The notes beneath the pieces were generated by a model. That model saw only the letters and a list, made by a program, of their open reading frames with translations. It did not search any database and was not told the DNA's origin. Below, in pieces: positions 52,453 to 63,712 of a stretch of 64,000 nt of DNA; within the stretch, counting starts at the first letter, position 1; each line of letters starts with the position of its first letter. Location: contig CATNEN010000028.1 in assembly GCA_950097015.1 (NCBI GenBank), positions 62,001 through 126,000 on the forward strand, given 5' to 3'. Both the position numbers and the translations under genes were made by a program. This DNA is from Macrostomum hystrix (taxonomy: Eukaryota; Animalia; Platyhelminthes).

Positions 52453-54601
52453 TCAATAGTGCAGAGTGTGCGAAGCGAACTGCTGCCGGTTGGCCAGCAC
52501 TCTGCCGCACATGTTGCACTGAAAGGGCTCGTTCAGATTGTGCAGGCCCATGTGCAGGCAGTACATCACCTGATCCACAAAGCCAATGAGGCAGTGTGGG
52601 CACACGTGGGGAAAAACTCCGCTTTGGCCAACGGCGCCACTTTCGCTGCAATTGTCGTCGGCATTGAAACGGGGTGACTTCGGCTGCGCTAGCTGCACCT
52701 GCGACTGCTGCGGTGACGTCGGCGTCAAGGAGTCGACTGTGGCAGACGTTGTTATTGTCGCGGCTGAAGTGGCCGCGCCAGCGGGTGCGCTCTTACACTT
52801 TGGCGCCAGAGTCGACGAGGTCTTCAGACTTGCACACTTGTCGGCGATGGATGCTGAAGCCTGCGATGTTGGCGGCGGTGGCGGCGGCGGTGGAGGCGGC
52901 AGGATGGGAGGTTGCTGATGCATGAGCGGAGAAGCCAGGTGTACGAGACTCTGGAGATAGTCCGTGTAAGCCGCCAACCCCGGCCTCAGCAATGGAGGCA
53001 ACTGAAATCCTTCAGGTAGCTGTTGCTGAGTCTGCTGCTGCTGCTGCTGATGATGATGATGCAGCGGAGGCTGCGGCAGACTCTGCTGGCATGCGGCAGC
53101 GTGGCCGAGCATGTGCACGGCCAACGACTCGTCGCTAGATAGTCGGTCACCGCAGAGGCGGCAGACGGAGCCCGATGCTGACACTGACTTGGCCTGCGCC
53201 TGGCCTCGGGCTCCACCACCTCCACCGCCGCTCATCAGATCATGGCCAGCGACGCTGCTGCTTCCTCCGACATCTGTTGAACAGGCGCCGTTGTTCCTCA
53301 CGCTGTCCATCATGTGCATGGCGAGCGCGTCCCGATTCGCAAATGTCATGCGGCACGACTGGCAGCTGAAGCAGCCGCTGGCCGCTGCTGCTGCCGCCGC
53401 AGCCACAGCTGCCGCCGCCGAGCTGGCTGACGTTGAGGATGAAGTCGTAGTGACAGACATTGTCGACGTTGACGAACTGGCCGCAGATGCGGCCGCGGCT
53501 GCCGCTGCCGCAGCTGCAGCGGCCACGGCCGCGGCTGCCACAGTGGACACGGCTGGAGCCTGGCTGTGAGGGTACTTGATCGACTGAGCGAACAGCTGAT
53601 GATGCTGGGCCTGCTGCTGATAGTGAGGCGCTGCTGAGGAAGCTCCGTGGGCCCGCTTCCTGCCGCGCATGCCGCTGCCGCCGACACCGCCGCCGTTCGA
53701 CGAAGAATTCAGTGGATTCGGCGGTGTCGAAGACCGACCTCCGTGTGTCTCCGCACTTTCGCTGCCGCCGCCGCCTCCGCCACCGCCGACTGTCCGCTTG
53801 ATTAGATCCACTGGTCCGTTGTTGGCCTGCAGTTAATTAATTGGATGTTGTCATTGTTCTAAGACTATACCCTTCAAGGCGGGGGAGGATTCTCCAGACT
53901 GCAAAATTCTGGGAGTAAGTCGCTTTTAACAAACAAAACCGAGAGATCTTGAAGGATTCTGTCGCCTGAATGGAGTGTGGAGTTGGACCCCCGCATCCTC
54001 CTGTTAAATATTCAACGCGGGGACTTGAATGCGACTCCAATTAAACCGGGGCGGGGGGTGTGGCACCAGCGTGAGCAAACAATTGGGGTGGGTGGCTGCT
54101 AGTGGGTTTGTCCTGAACCTTTCCTTTTCGGCTTTTCCACGCCGTGCGACTTCACGGCTAGCTTCTCGCCTCCGTGTCCCGCTACACAAAACTCTCTGTG
54201 GGCAACCACCCGCTGGCCTGCTATGCTCAACCAGCTCAGAACCAGCTTTACTCGTTCTCTTTTTCCGCTTCATAGGTTTCATACTGCCAATTAGCCTAGG
54301 CGTAACTCATTGATTTACTCTTCGGGAGAACAAAATATGTCACATATGTAGATTGGCGCTTTCCCGAATCTACGGAACGTCTATTCATTCATACAACGTA
54401 CAATCTACTCACTAATCTATGGACAATCTAGTCAATAGTCTATGGAAAAATCTATTGAGTAGTCTATAGACGATGTATTATTTACCTTCGTTCCGTCTTT
54501 TTAGCCTTTCTTACCTCGCAATCTTCAGCGCATCGGTCTTGTCCACAGGCGAACTGGGTCTTAGCTGCCGCTGCTTCAATGCTGACGCTGGCCTGTGTCA
54601 T
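52453..54601 (-). CDS. Ikaros/Hunchback-family C2H2 zinc-finger protein, about 486 aa, 2 exons (54601-54515, 53826-52453)
   Basis: C-terminus CPHCLIGFVDQVMYCLHMGLH...PFQCNMCGRVLANRQQFASHTLH is the Ikaros/Hb dimerization finger pair. Two isolated central fingers (CQSC..H, CRLC..HMLGH). Acceptor ctgcag at 53827. The upstream ATG exon ends at GAG|GTAAGA in phase 0 and is less certain. Confidence 0.85.
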
Positions 54602-55829
54602 GGACTGTTGCCGAGTCGTGTTCTCTCAATTTATTCGGAGCAAACTTGCTTGAAATTGTTTATGCCTGCTTCACTTGCTGCTGCTGCTGCTGCTCCCGCT
54701 GGCTGCGGAGAGTCGGTTATGCGGAGTTTGAGCTTCTAGTTGGCTTCTTTTGAATTTGCCTCTATTTCTATGCATAAATGCTAAGTGTGCGCCTGAATTA
54801 TTGAGGTCTCCCGGCCCCACCCCAGACCGTATCGCGGCGTCAAACACACGACCCATTAAATATTCAGCGGGCTCAAACAGACCTACCATCGCCAGCAGAA
54901 GAAAAGCTCACCTAATTAATTATTTAGCTTTGCAAATGGAATATTAGATGAGTATTCTGGCGCGCCCCGGGCCCGTCTCTCCCCTCACTCCCTCCTACCC
55001 CTTCTGCCCCTATTCCCGGCCCACAACTCCCCAGCCTCCCCTCCTCTCCGGCAAGGCCCTCGGATGGGATCCTAGGAATATTGCCTCGGGGATTGGGTGG
55101 GCTGGGGGTGGGCCGGGCGCTAGGTGACCCGCAAAAGCCCGCCAACACTGAGAAGCTTCTCTAAGGCCTGATTGACTTGACTGAAGCTGCATGGAAACTA
55201 AGCGAGCGGCTTACTCGGATTCTGCTGGCTTTGGTATCGAATCCAGCCAATCATCAACTCTGGATCTTGCAGTGCAACCGGCGGAAATGAATGAAAGAAA
55301 ATTTCTGGAAGACATGCTCTGCATTGTCTTCTGCGCGCAGCTAGTTGAGCAGTGCTCATTCTTCTCCTGGGTGCCGCATTCCGATCCCCCCGCACGGCCC
55401 TCCCGTGGCTCCTCTGCGACAGGAAAAATTCATCAATTATTTAACGGCTCCAGCAGCCCAGCTTGGCTTAAAGCCTTCGTTCTCATCGCTTTCTCCTCGT
55501 ATTGCGCGCTGCAGTGAAGGATTCGGCTGCGTCCGCGGAAGAGGGTCTGGGGAGTATTTGTGAGTCGACAGCTTGGTGACCACCCCCACCCCCACAATGT
55601 TGGCCAAATTCCCTTCTCAATCTGACTCACAAATGGGCAAACAAAAACTCGTCCTGCCCAGAGCACCCGACTTCATTTCGGATTCATGAAAGCCTGACGA
55701 GCCATCCAGACCTAGAGCTGGGGTGAGAAAGCCAGGATACGGGACCTTGTGAATGCTGCGATTGCAGTCTAGATTTCTGTTGAATTCCTGTCAAACTGCT
55801 GTTGTCAATTGCTATAGAACCAGCATCAC

Positions 55830-56350
55830 CATTTATGCTGTGTGGTGTTTAAAGACCCCATGGTCCTACAATTTGTGTGTGTGTAGTGTTCAAAGACCTC
55901 ATGGTCCTACAGTGTGTGATGTTTAAAGACCTCATGGTCCTACAGTGTGTGGTGTTTAAAGGCCTCATGGTCCTACAGTGTGTGTGATGTTTAAAGACCC
56001 CATGGTCCTACAATGTGTGTGCGTGTGTAGTGTTCAAAGACCTCATGGTCCTACAGTGTGTGGTGTTTAAAGGCCTCATGGTCCTACAGTGTGTGTGATG
56101 TTTAAAGACCTCATGGTCCTACAGTGTGTGGTGTTTAAAGGCCTCATGGTCCTACAGTGTGTGTGATGTTTAAAGACCTCATGGTCCTACAGTGTGTGAT
56201 GTTTAAAGACCTCATGGTCCTACAGTGTGTTGTGTTTCAAGACCTCATGGTCCTACAGTGTGTGATGTTTAAAGACCTCATGGTCCTACAGTGTGTGATG
56301 TTTAAAGACCTCATGGTCCTACAGTGTGTGATGTTTAAAGACCTCATGGT
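55830..56350. repeat. 33-35-bp tandem repeat, about 15 copies
   Basis: Unit gtttaaagacctcatggtcctacagtgtgtgat. Confidence 0.9.
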
Positions 56351-56944
56351 TGTGTGGCCCTACTGTTGTATGGGCGTACAAGAAAACTAAAATAAAACAA
56401 GAAAGTCCATGTAGTTAATTTTCCATAAGAAAGCAAAGCAAAGAGTCACATTAATCAGTTTTCACTTCACTCTCGTAAACTCTTGTTCTCGAGAAAATGA
56501 CTCTCGCATTAACTAATTTTGTTTTCAAAACGTATTATTTAGCATGAAAAAGAACCATCTTTGGTCATGCGACAGCTATGGATGAGCAGTGTTTAAATCA
56601 ATGAAAACAAGCAGAAACAAAACAGCACAAGCAAAAATGCGTGCGCGATACTACTGAATTAAGAAGTCGGACTAAGTAGGCTGTTGTGATAAATAAGATC
56701 TAAATTAGTTTCTGGTTTAAAAAGACGTTTAAGACGTTTCAACAATAAAAGCGAAGCAAAAGTTGTAAAGTTTTTTGAAGTGCTATCTGAATGTGTTAGT
56801 TATAAAATAAATTGACACTAGACAACAGAGGAAACCTACAATTTTGAACCCGTCGTTTCAGGTACAATTAAGTGCCAATATTTTCCCAATATGAACAAGC
56901 CAATGCTTTGTCTTAAAAAATTAAGAATATATTGTTGATTAGGA

Positions 56945-59900
56945 GTTTGTAGCCTAGTAGAAGGTTGTAGCCTAGTAGAAGGTTGTAGCCTAGTAGAAGG
57001 TTGTAGCCTAGTAGAAGGTTGTAGCCTAGTAGAAGGTTGTAGCCTAGTAGAAGGTTGTAGCCTAGTAGAAGGTTGTAGCCTAGTAGAAGGTTGTAGCCTA
57101 GTAGAAGGTTGTAACCTAGTAGAAGGTTGTAGCCTAGTAGAAGGTTGTAGCCTAGTAGAATGTTGTAGCCTAGTAGAAGGTTGTAGCCTAGTAGAAGGTT
57201 GTAGCCTAGTAGAATGTTGTAGCCTAGTAGAAGGTTTTAGCCTAGTAGAATGTTGTAGCCTAGTAGAAGGTTGTAGCCTAGTAGAATGTTGTAGCCTAGT
57301 AGAAGGTTGTAGCCTAGTAGAAGGTTGTAACCTAGTAGAAGGTTGTAGCCTAGTAGAATGTTGTAGCCTAGTAGAAGGTTGTAGCCTAGTAGAAGGTTGT
57401 AGCCTAGTAGAAGGTTGTAGCCTAGTAGAAGGTTGTAGCCTAGTAGAAGGTTGTAGCCTAGTAGAAGGTTGTAGCCTAGTAGAATGTTGTAGCCTAGTAG
57501 AAGGTTGTAGCCTAGTAGAAGGTTGTAGCCTAGTAGAAGGTTGTAGCCTAGTAGAAGGTTGTAGCCTAGTAGAAGGTTGTAGCCTAGTAGAATGTTGTAG
57601 CCTAGTAGAAGGTTGTAGCCTAGTAGAAGGTTGTAGCCTAGTAGAAGGTTGTAGCCTAGTAGAAGGTTGTAGCCTAGTAGAAGGTTGTAGCCTAGTAGAA
57701 GGTTGTAGCCTAGTAGAAGGTTGTAGCCTAGTAGAAGGTTGTAGCCTAGTAGAAGGTTGTAGCCTAGTAGAAGGTTGTAGCCTAGTAGAAGGTTGTAGCC
57801 TAGTAGAAGGTTGTAGCCTAGTAGAAGGTTGTAGCCTAGTAGAAGGTTGTAGCCTAGTAGAAGGTTGTAGCCTAGTAGAAGGTTGTAGCCTAGTAGAAGA
57901 TTGTAGCCTAGTAGAAGGTTGTAGCCTAGTAGAAGGTTGTAGCCTAGTAGAAGGTTGTAGCCTAGTAGAAGGTTGTAGCCTAGTAGAAGGTTGTAGCCTA
58001 GTAGAAGATTGTAGCCTAGTAGAAGGTTGTAGCCTAGTAGAAGGTTGTAGCCTAGTAGAAGGTTGTAGCCTAGTAGAAGGTTGTAGCCTAGTAGAAGATT
58101 GTAGCCTAGTAGAAGGTTGTAGCCTAGTAGAAGGTTGTAGCCTAGTAGAAGGTTGTAGCCTAGTAGAAGGTTGTAGCCTAGTAGAAGGTTGTAGCCTAGT
58201 AGAAGGTTGTAGCCTAGTAGAAGGTTGTAGCCTAGTAGAATGTTGTAGCCTAGTAGAAGGTTGTAGCCTAGTAGAAGGTTGTAGCCTAGTAGAATGTTGT
58301 AGCCTAGTAGAAGGTTGTAGCCTAGTAGAATGTTGTAGCCTAGTAGAAGGTTGTAGCCTAGTAGAATGTTGTAGCCTAGTAGAAGGTTGTAGCCTAGTAG
58401 AAGGTTGTAGCCTAGTAGAAGGTTGTAACCTAGTAGAAGGTTGTAGCCTAGTAGAAGGTTGTAGCCTAGTAGAAGGTTGTAGCCTAGTAGAAGGTTGTAG
58501 CCTAGTAGAAGGTTGTAGCCTAGTAGAAGGTTGTAGCCTAGTAGAAGGTTGTAGCCTAGTAGAAGGTTGTAGCCTAGTAGAATGTTGTAGCCTAGTAGAA
58601 GGTTGTAGCCTAGTAGAAGGTTGTAGCCTAGTAGAAGGTTGTAGCCTAGTAGAAGGTTGTAGCCTAGTAGAAGGTTGTAGCCTAGTAGAAGGTTGTAGCC
58701 TAGTAGAAGGTTGTAGCCTAGTAGAAGGTTGTAGCCTAGTAGAAGGTTGTAGCCTAGTAGAAGGTTGTAGCCTAGTAGAAGGTTGTAGCCTAGTAGAAGG
58801 TTGTAGCCTAGTAGAAGGTTGTAGCCTAGTAGAAGGTTGTAGCCTAGTAGAAGGTTGTAGCCTAGTAGAAGGTTGTAGCCTAGTAGAAGGTTGTAGCCTA
58901 GTAGAAGGTTGTAGCCTAGTAGAAGGTTGTAGCCTAGTAGAAGGTTGTAGCCTAGTAGAAGGTTGTAGCCTAGTAGAAGGTTGTAGCCTAGTAGAAGGTT
59001 GTAGCCTAGTAGAAGGTTGTAGCCTAGTAGAAGGTTGTAGCCTAGTAGAATGTTGTAGCCTAGTAGAAGGTTGTAGCCTAGTAGAAGGTTGTAGCCTAGT
59101 AGAAGATTGTAGCCTAGTAGAAGGTTGTAGCCTAGTAGAAGGTTGTAGCCTAGTAGAAGGTTGTAGCCTAGTAGAAGGTTGTAGCCTAGTAGAAGGTTGT
59201 AGCCTAGTAGAAGGTTGTAGCCTAGTAGAAGGTTGTAGCCTAGTAGAATGTTGTAGCCTAGTAGAAGGTTGTAGCCTAGTAGAAGGTTGTAGCCTAGTAG
59301 AATGTTGTAGCCTAGTAGAAGGTTGTAGCCTAGTAGAATGTTGTAGCCTAGTAGAAGGTTGTAGCCTAGTAGAAGGTTGTAGCCTAGTAGAAGGTTGTAG
59401 CCTAGTAGAAGGTTGTAGCCTAGTAGAAGGTTGTAACCTAGTAGAAGGTTGTAGCCTAGTAGAAGGTTGTAGCCTAGTAGAATGTTGTAGCCTAGTAGAA
59501 TGTTGTAGCCTAGTAGAAGGTTGTAGCCTAGTAGAAGGTTGTAGCCTAGTAGAAGGTTGTAGCCTAGTAGAAGGTTGTAGCCTAGTAGAATGTTGTAGCC
59601 TAGTAGAAGGTTGTAGCCTAGTAGAAGGTTGTAGCCTAGTAGAAGGTTGTAGCCTAGTAGAAGGTTGTAGCCTAGTAGAAGGTTGTAGCCTAGTAGAAGG
59701 TTGTAGCCTAGTAGAAGGTTGTAGCCTAGTAGAAGGTTGTAGCCTAGTAGAATGTTGTAGCCTAGTAGAAGGTTGTAGCCTAGTAGAAGGTTGTAGCCTA
59801 GTAGAAGATTGTAGCCTAGTAGAAGGTTGTAGCCTAGTAGAAGGTTGTAGCCTAGTAGAAGGTTGTAGCCTAGTAGAAGGTTGTAGCCTAGTAGAAGGTT

Positions 59901-60590
59901 GTAGCCTAGTAGAAGATTGTAGCCTAGTAGAAGGTTGTAGCCTAGTAGAAGGTTGTAGCCTAGTAGAAGGTTGTAGCCTAGTAGAAGGTTGTAGCCTAGT
60001 AGAAGATTGTAGCCTAGTAGAAGGTTGTAGCCTAGTAGAAGGTTGTAGCCTAGTAGAAGGTTGTAGCCTAGTAGAAGGTTGTAGCCTAGTAGAAGGTTGT
60101 AGCCTAGTAGAAGGTTGTAGCCTAGTAGAAGGTTGTAGCCTAGTAGAATGTTGTAGCCTAGTAGAAGGTTGTAGCCTAGTAGAAGGTTGTAGCCTAGTAG
60201 AATGTTGTAGCCTAGTAGAATGTTGTAGCCTAGTAGAATGTTGTAGCCTAGTAGAATGTTGTAGCCTAGTAGAATGTTGTAGCCTAGTAGAAGGTTGTAG
60301 CCTAGTAGAATGTTGTAGCCTAGTAGAAGGTTGTAGCCTAGTAGAAGGTTGTAGCCTAGTAGAATGTTGTAGCCTAGTAGAAGGTTGTAGCCTAGTAGAA
60401 GGTTGTAGCCTAGTAGAATGTTGTAGCCTAGTAGAATGTTGTAGCCTAGTAGAATGTTGTAGCCTAGTAGAATGTTGTAGCCTAGTAGAATGTTGTAGCC
60501 TAGTAGAAGGTTGTAGCCTAGTAGAATGTTGTAGCCTAGTAGAATGTTGTAGCCTAGTAGAATGTTGTAGCCTAGTAGAAGGTTGTAGCC
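56945..60590. repeat. 18-bp satellite, about 3.6 kb (about 200 copies)
   Basis: Unit aggttgtagcctagtaga with tgtt/gatt variants. The 1122-aa (GYNLLL)n ORF is spurious. Confidence 0.97.
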
Positions 60591-60664
60591 GGGGAAAAAA
60601 GGCATAGGGGCTTATCGCGCAGTGACCTCCATGACTTCCAACCCCCCAAGGTACAACGGATTCT

Positions 60665-60904
60665 AGAAAGCTTCATTCATGAATAATTGATCTTAATTTT
60701 ATTTTCGCATATTTATCATGAAGCACAATAGCTTGTCAAAAGCTCAAGTGATTTTGTCATCACTTTCTAATCAAGCGTACTGCAAGTGTATTACGAGAAT
60801 AAAGTAAATCAGGCAAATGTTGTCTGATTGGTTGCTATAATTGTGCTTCATGATAAGTAAACGAAAATAAAATAAGGATCAATTATTCATGAATGAAGCT
60901 TTCT
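60665..60904. mobile_element. About 240-bp fold-back/MITE-like element with about 65-bp imperfect TIRs
   Basis: agaaagcttcattcatgaataattgatc...tcatgaagcacaat versus attgtgcttcatga...gatcaattattcatgaatgaagctttct. No clear TSD. Confidence 0.7.
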
Positions 60905-60942
60905 GAAATTCGTTGAAGCAACATGTTTTGCCAGATATACTC

Positions 60943-61584
60943 AGTAGTAGGGGTTAGTTCAACTCTGACGCAGGAAATTCCATGGAAATTCCATATGTGT
61001 TGCAGGCGATAGTATTGAGCCTTGATTTTGAAAACTGTGGAATAATGCATGCATTCAGGCACAGCGTGATTTGTATTGCATGACCACAATTATTATGTGA
61101 AGTGTTGTATTCTTTTTACTGTAACACTGCAATTAATTGTATCGAGTAGTAGTGTTAGAGTCTGCTGGCTCACATTCACTCAATTCTCATTCTGGGGCTC
61201 TAATGATGTGCCTATGCAAGTAGGGGTTAGTTCAATTCTGACGCACCTGCACTGGGTGGAATGGCTGCACGTGAATTAGCGTAGATAGACGGGAGTGGTG
61301 TTGAATGGAATTGGCTGCCCCAGTGGACAGGCCAATCACACTAGGTGTTCCTTAGCGAGCTCCAGGTTTACGGGGGCCTACTCGATACAATTAATTGCAG
61401 TGTTACAGTAAAAAGAATACAACACTTCACATAATAATTGTGGTCATGCAATACAAATCACGCTGTGCCTGAATGCATGCATTATTCCACAGTTTTCAAA
61501 ATCAAGGCTCAATACTATCGCCTGCAACACATATGGAATTTCCATGGAATTTCCTGCGTCAGAGTTGAACTAACCCCTACTACT
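60943..61584. mobile_element. 642-bp non-autonomous Polinton/Maverick-like element
   Basis: 207-bp TIRs at 60943-61149 and 61378-61584 that read as exact reverse complements. Termini AGTAGT...ACTACT. 6-bp TSD ATACTC at 60937-60942 and 61585-61590. Confidence 0.8.
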
Positions 61585-61729
61585 ATACTCGTATTAAAAT
61601 AGCAGCATTGGATCTGCTTTCAGTAAAGTTATCAACATTTTCATGTGAAAAAGAAAAAATATCCTGTCCTTCAATAAATTTCCCAAGAAACAAAGTGTTC
61701 TCGTCCTTCTTCTTCTATTGGTCCTTGAT

Positions 61730-61812
61730 CCTCAGTGTGCACTTGTGTGCTCAGGCGTCAGCGGAATGGGCAGAATTGCCTTTTAGTGTTAGTGGGTCTA
61801 GTGTTACCCAAT
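61730..61812 (+). mobile_element. SINE family 2, 3' fragment
   Basis: gtgtgctcaggcgtcagcggaatgggcagaattgcc...gggtctagtgttacc matches 13432-13498. Confidence 0.6.
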
Positions 61813-62002
61813 GATTTGCCACTGCCCATATACCAGATCCCACTGCAAAGACGATCAGACACTCCCGTTGAGTACAGAGAGACCACACATAGTAACTGCA
61901 TTAACATATTGTTAAGTGGAAGCAATTGCGAATATACTAGTAGTAACAGCATAAAAGAGTCTATCAGTGCAACCAGCAGCTTCACAGTTGTCCTGCGGTG
62001 CT

Positions 62003-63134
62003 TCAGTGGTGCGTGACCGTCAAGGTATGCGACTCGAAGCCAGGCTCCGGCTCCGGTCGAAACGGCGCCTCGACGAAGACCCGACCGTCGCTGCGCAGTC
62101 GGGCCGACATGCGGGTCAGGTCGAGGCCGGCTGGCAGGTCGAATTCGTCGCGAAACTCCCTGAAGGAGGTCTTGCCGGCACTGCGAGCCTGCCGCTGAGC
62201 GTGGATGACCAGGCGACTGCCCGAGTCCGTTGTGGCCACGCGCAGGTCATTGGCGGTGAATTCACCGCGACCTAGGTCCAGCTCCAGCTGGTAGATGTTG
62301 ATTCGCTTGAGTGCCGAGTGCTGATTCTGATGCAGCTGCTGCTGTTGCTGCTGAGAAGCTGATTGCTGCGTCTGTCGCTGAGCGCCACCACCTGAAGCCG
62401 GAACTGCCGAGCTGCTCTTGCCGGTCGGTAGCAGCGGCGCGGACAGCATCAGCTGGCCGTTCACCACCACGGAGCGCAGCTGGCTGGTGTCCACGCCGTC
62501 AGGCAGTGCGAACTGTTCGTCGAACGAGACGCTCGTCCGTTTCCCGGCACCTGCGTCTGATAGGCTAGCCCGGCCGGACACCTGGCAATGAAACACGTGA
62601 CACGTCTTTTTGGCCAGAGCTTTGAATGCTGTAAATGGAGTCTTCACAGTAAGAGACCGTCTTTACGCCTGTTGCCTTGTAAGGCTAGGAGGTTGTAGCA
62701 TTGCGGTTAGAGCGTCAAACTTACGACTCGAAGGTGGGGGTTCGATTCCCGACTCCACTGGAAAAAATAGTGCCTAATTAATGTCACCCAGCAGTAGCGA
62801 AAAAAGATAAACAGTAGCGAATTTATTCTGCTTTCTAATTAGAAAATCTGTTGAACGAAACGAAAAACGGTTTTTGCGGGGAGTTGTCTCTCGAAATCTC
62901 ACGAATTCCGCTCACCTGAACTGTCCTGTCGCCAATAAGGCTGATGCGCAGGTCGTCAGGCCCGTAGCCGTGGACGTCGAAAACTGCCCGGTAGAGCAGT
63001 GACCCGTCTGGCTGCTTCTCTACGTGGCCCCGGACCGCTCCGGCGCCGCTGTTGACTTGCGGATGCGACGTCGCACTGCCGTCCGCGGTTCGTTTACCGT
63101 CGCCTTCGAGGCGTCGAAAGAAATCGTTGATCAT
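62003..63134 (-). CDS. Small heat-shock protein with two alpha-crystallin domains (p40/Tsp36-like); exons 63134-62916 and 62581-62003
   Basis: Domain 1: YRAVFDVHGYGPDDLRISL...FDEQFALPDGVDTSQLRSVVVNGQLMLSAP. Domain 2: YQLELDLG..FTANDLRV...FREFRDEFDLPAGLDLTRMSARLRSDGRVFVEAP. Phase-0 GT-AG intron. The N-terminus could extend into an upstream exon. Confidence 0.85.
62624..62667 (-). other. Near full-length spliced-leader-like copy inside the sHSP intron
   Basis: CGTAAAGACGGTCTCTTACTGTGAAGACTCCATTTACAGCATT versus recalled SL CCGTAAAGACGGTCTCTTACTGCGAAGACTCAATTTATTGCATG. Confidence 0.72.
62688..62762 (+). mobile_element. SINE family 1 tRNA-like head only
   Basis: ggaggttgtagcattgcggttagagcgtc...gaaggtgggggttcgattcccgactccactgg matches 24830-24907; loop CTTACGA. 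Confidence 0.75.
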
Positions 63135-63289
63135 GGCCAGATGGAACAGCTGCCCAGAAGTTGTGCTGACGGCAGCCTTTGAACTTTTTAAAGAGTTTTT
63201 AATCTGTGCCTTTATTAGATTCTGCGAGTTAGGACTTAGGAGTCAATTAAGGCAGCTGACAATGAGATAATCTGGTTGTGAAAGTTTGG

Positions 63290-63712
63290 GAGTCAGGAGC
63301 GGAAGTTGAGAGTCAGGAGCGGAAGTTGAGAGGGTCAGGAGCGGAAGTTGAGAGTCAGGAGCGGAAGTTGAGAGTCAGCAGCGGAAGTTGAGAGTCAGGA
63401 GCGGAAGTTGAGAGTCAGCAGCGGAAGTTAAGAGTCAGGAGCAGAAGTTGAGAGTCAGGAGCGGAAGTTGAGAGTCAGGAGCGGAAGTTGAGAGTCAGGA
63501 GCGGAAGTTGAGAGGGTCAGGAGCGGAAGTTGAGAGTCAGGAGCGGAAGTTGAGAGTCAGGAGCGGAAGTTGAGAGTCAGGAGCGGAAGTTGAGAGTCAG
63601 GAGCAGAAGTTGAGAGTCAGCAGCGGAAGTTGAGAGGGTCAGGAGCGGAAGTTGAGAGTCAGGAGCGGAAGTTGAGAGTCAGGAGCGGAAGTTGAGAGTC
63701 AGGAGAGGTAGC
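63290..63712. repeat. 20-bp tandem repeat, about 21 copies
   Basis: Unit gagtcaggagcggaagttga. Confidence 0.95.

Noticed and set aside
57237-60605. 1122-aa (GYNLLL)n ORF
   Set aside because: It is the reverse translation of the 18-bp satellite, with no unique sequence or coding-type variation.
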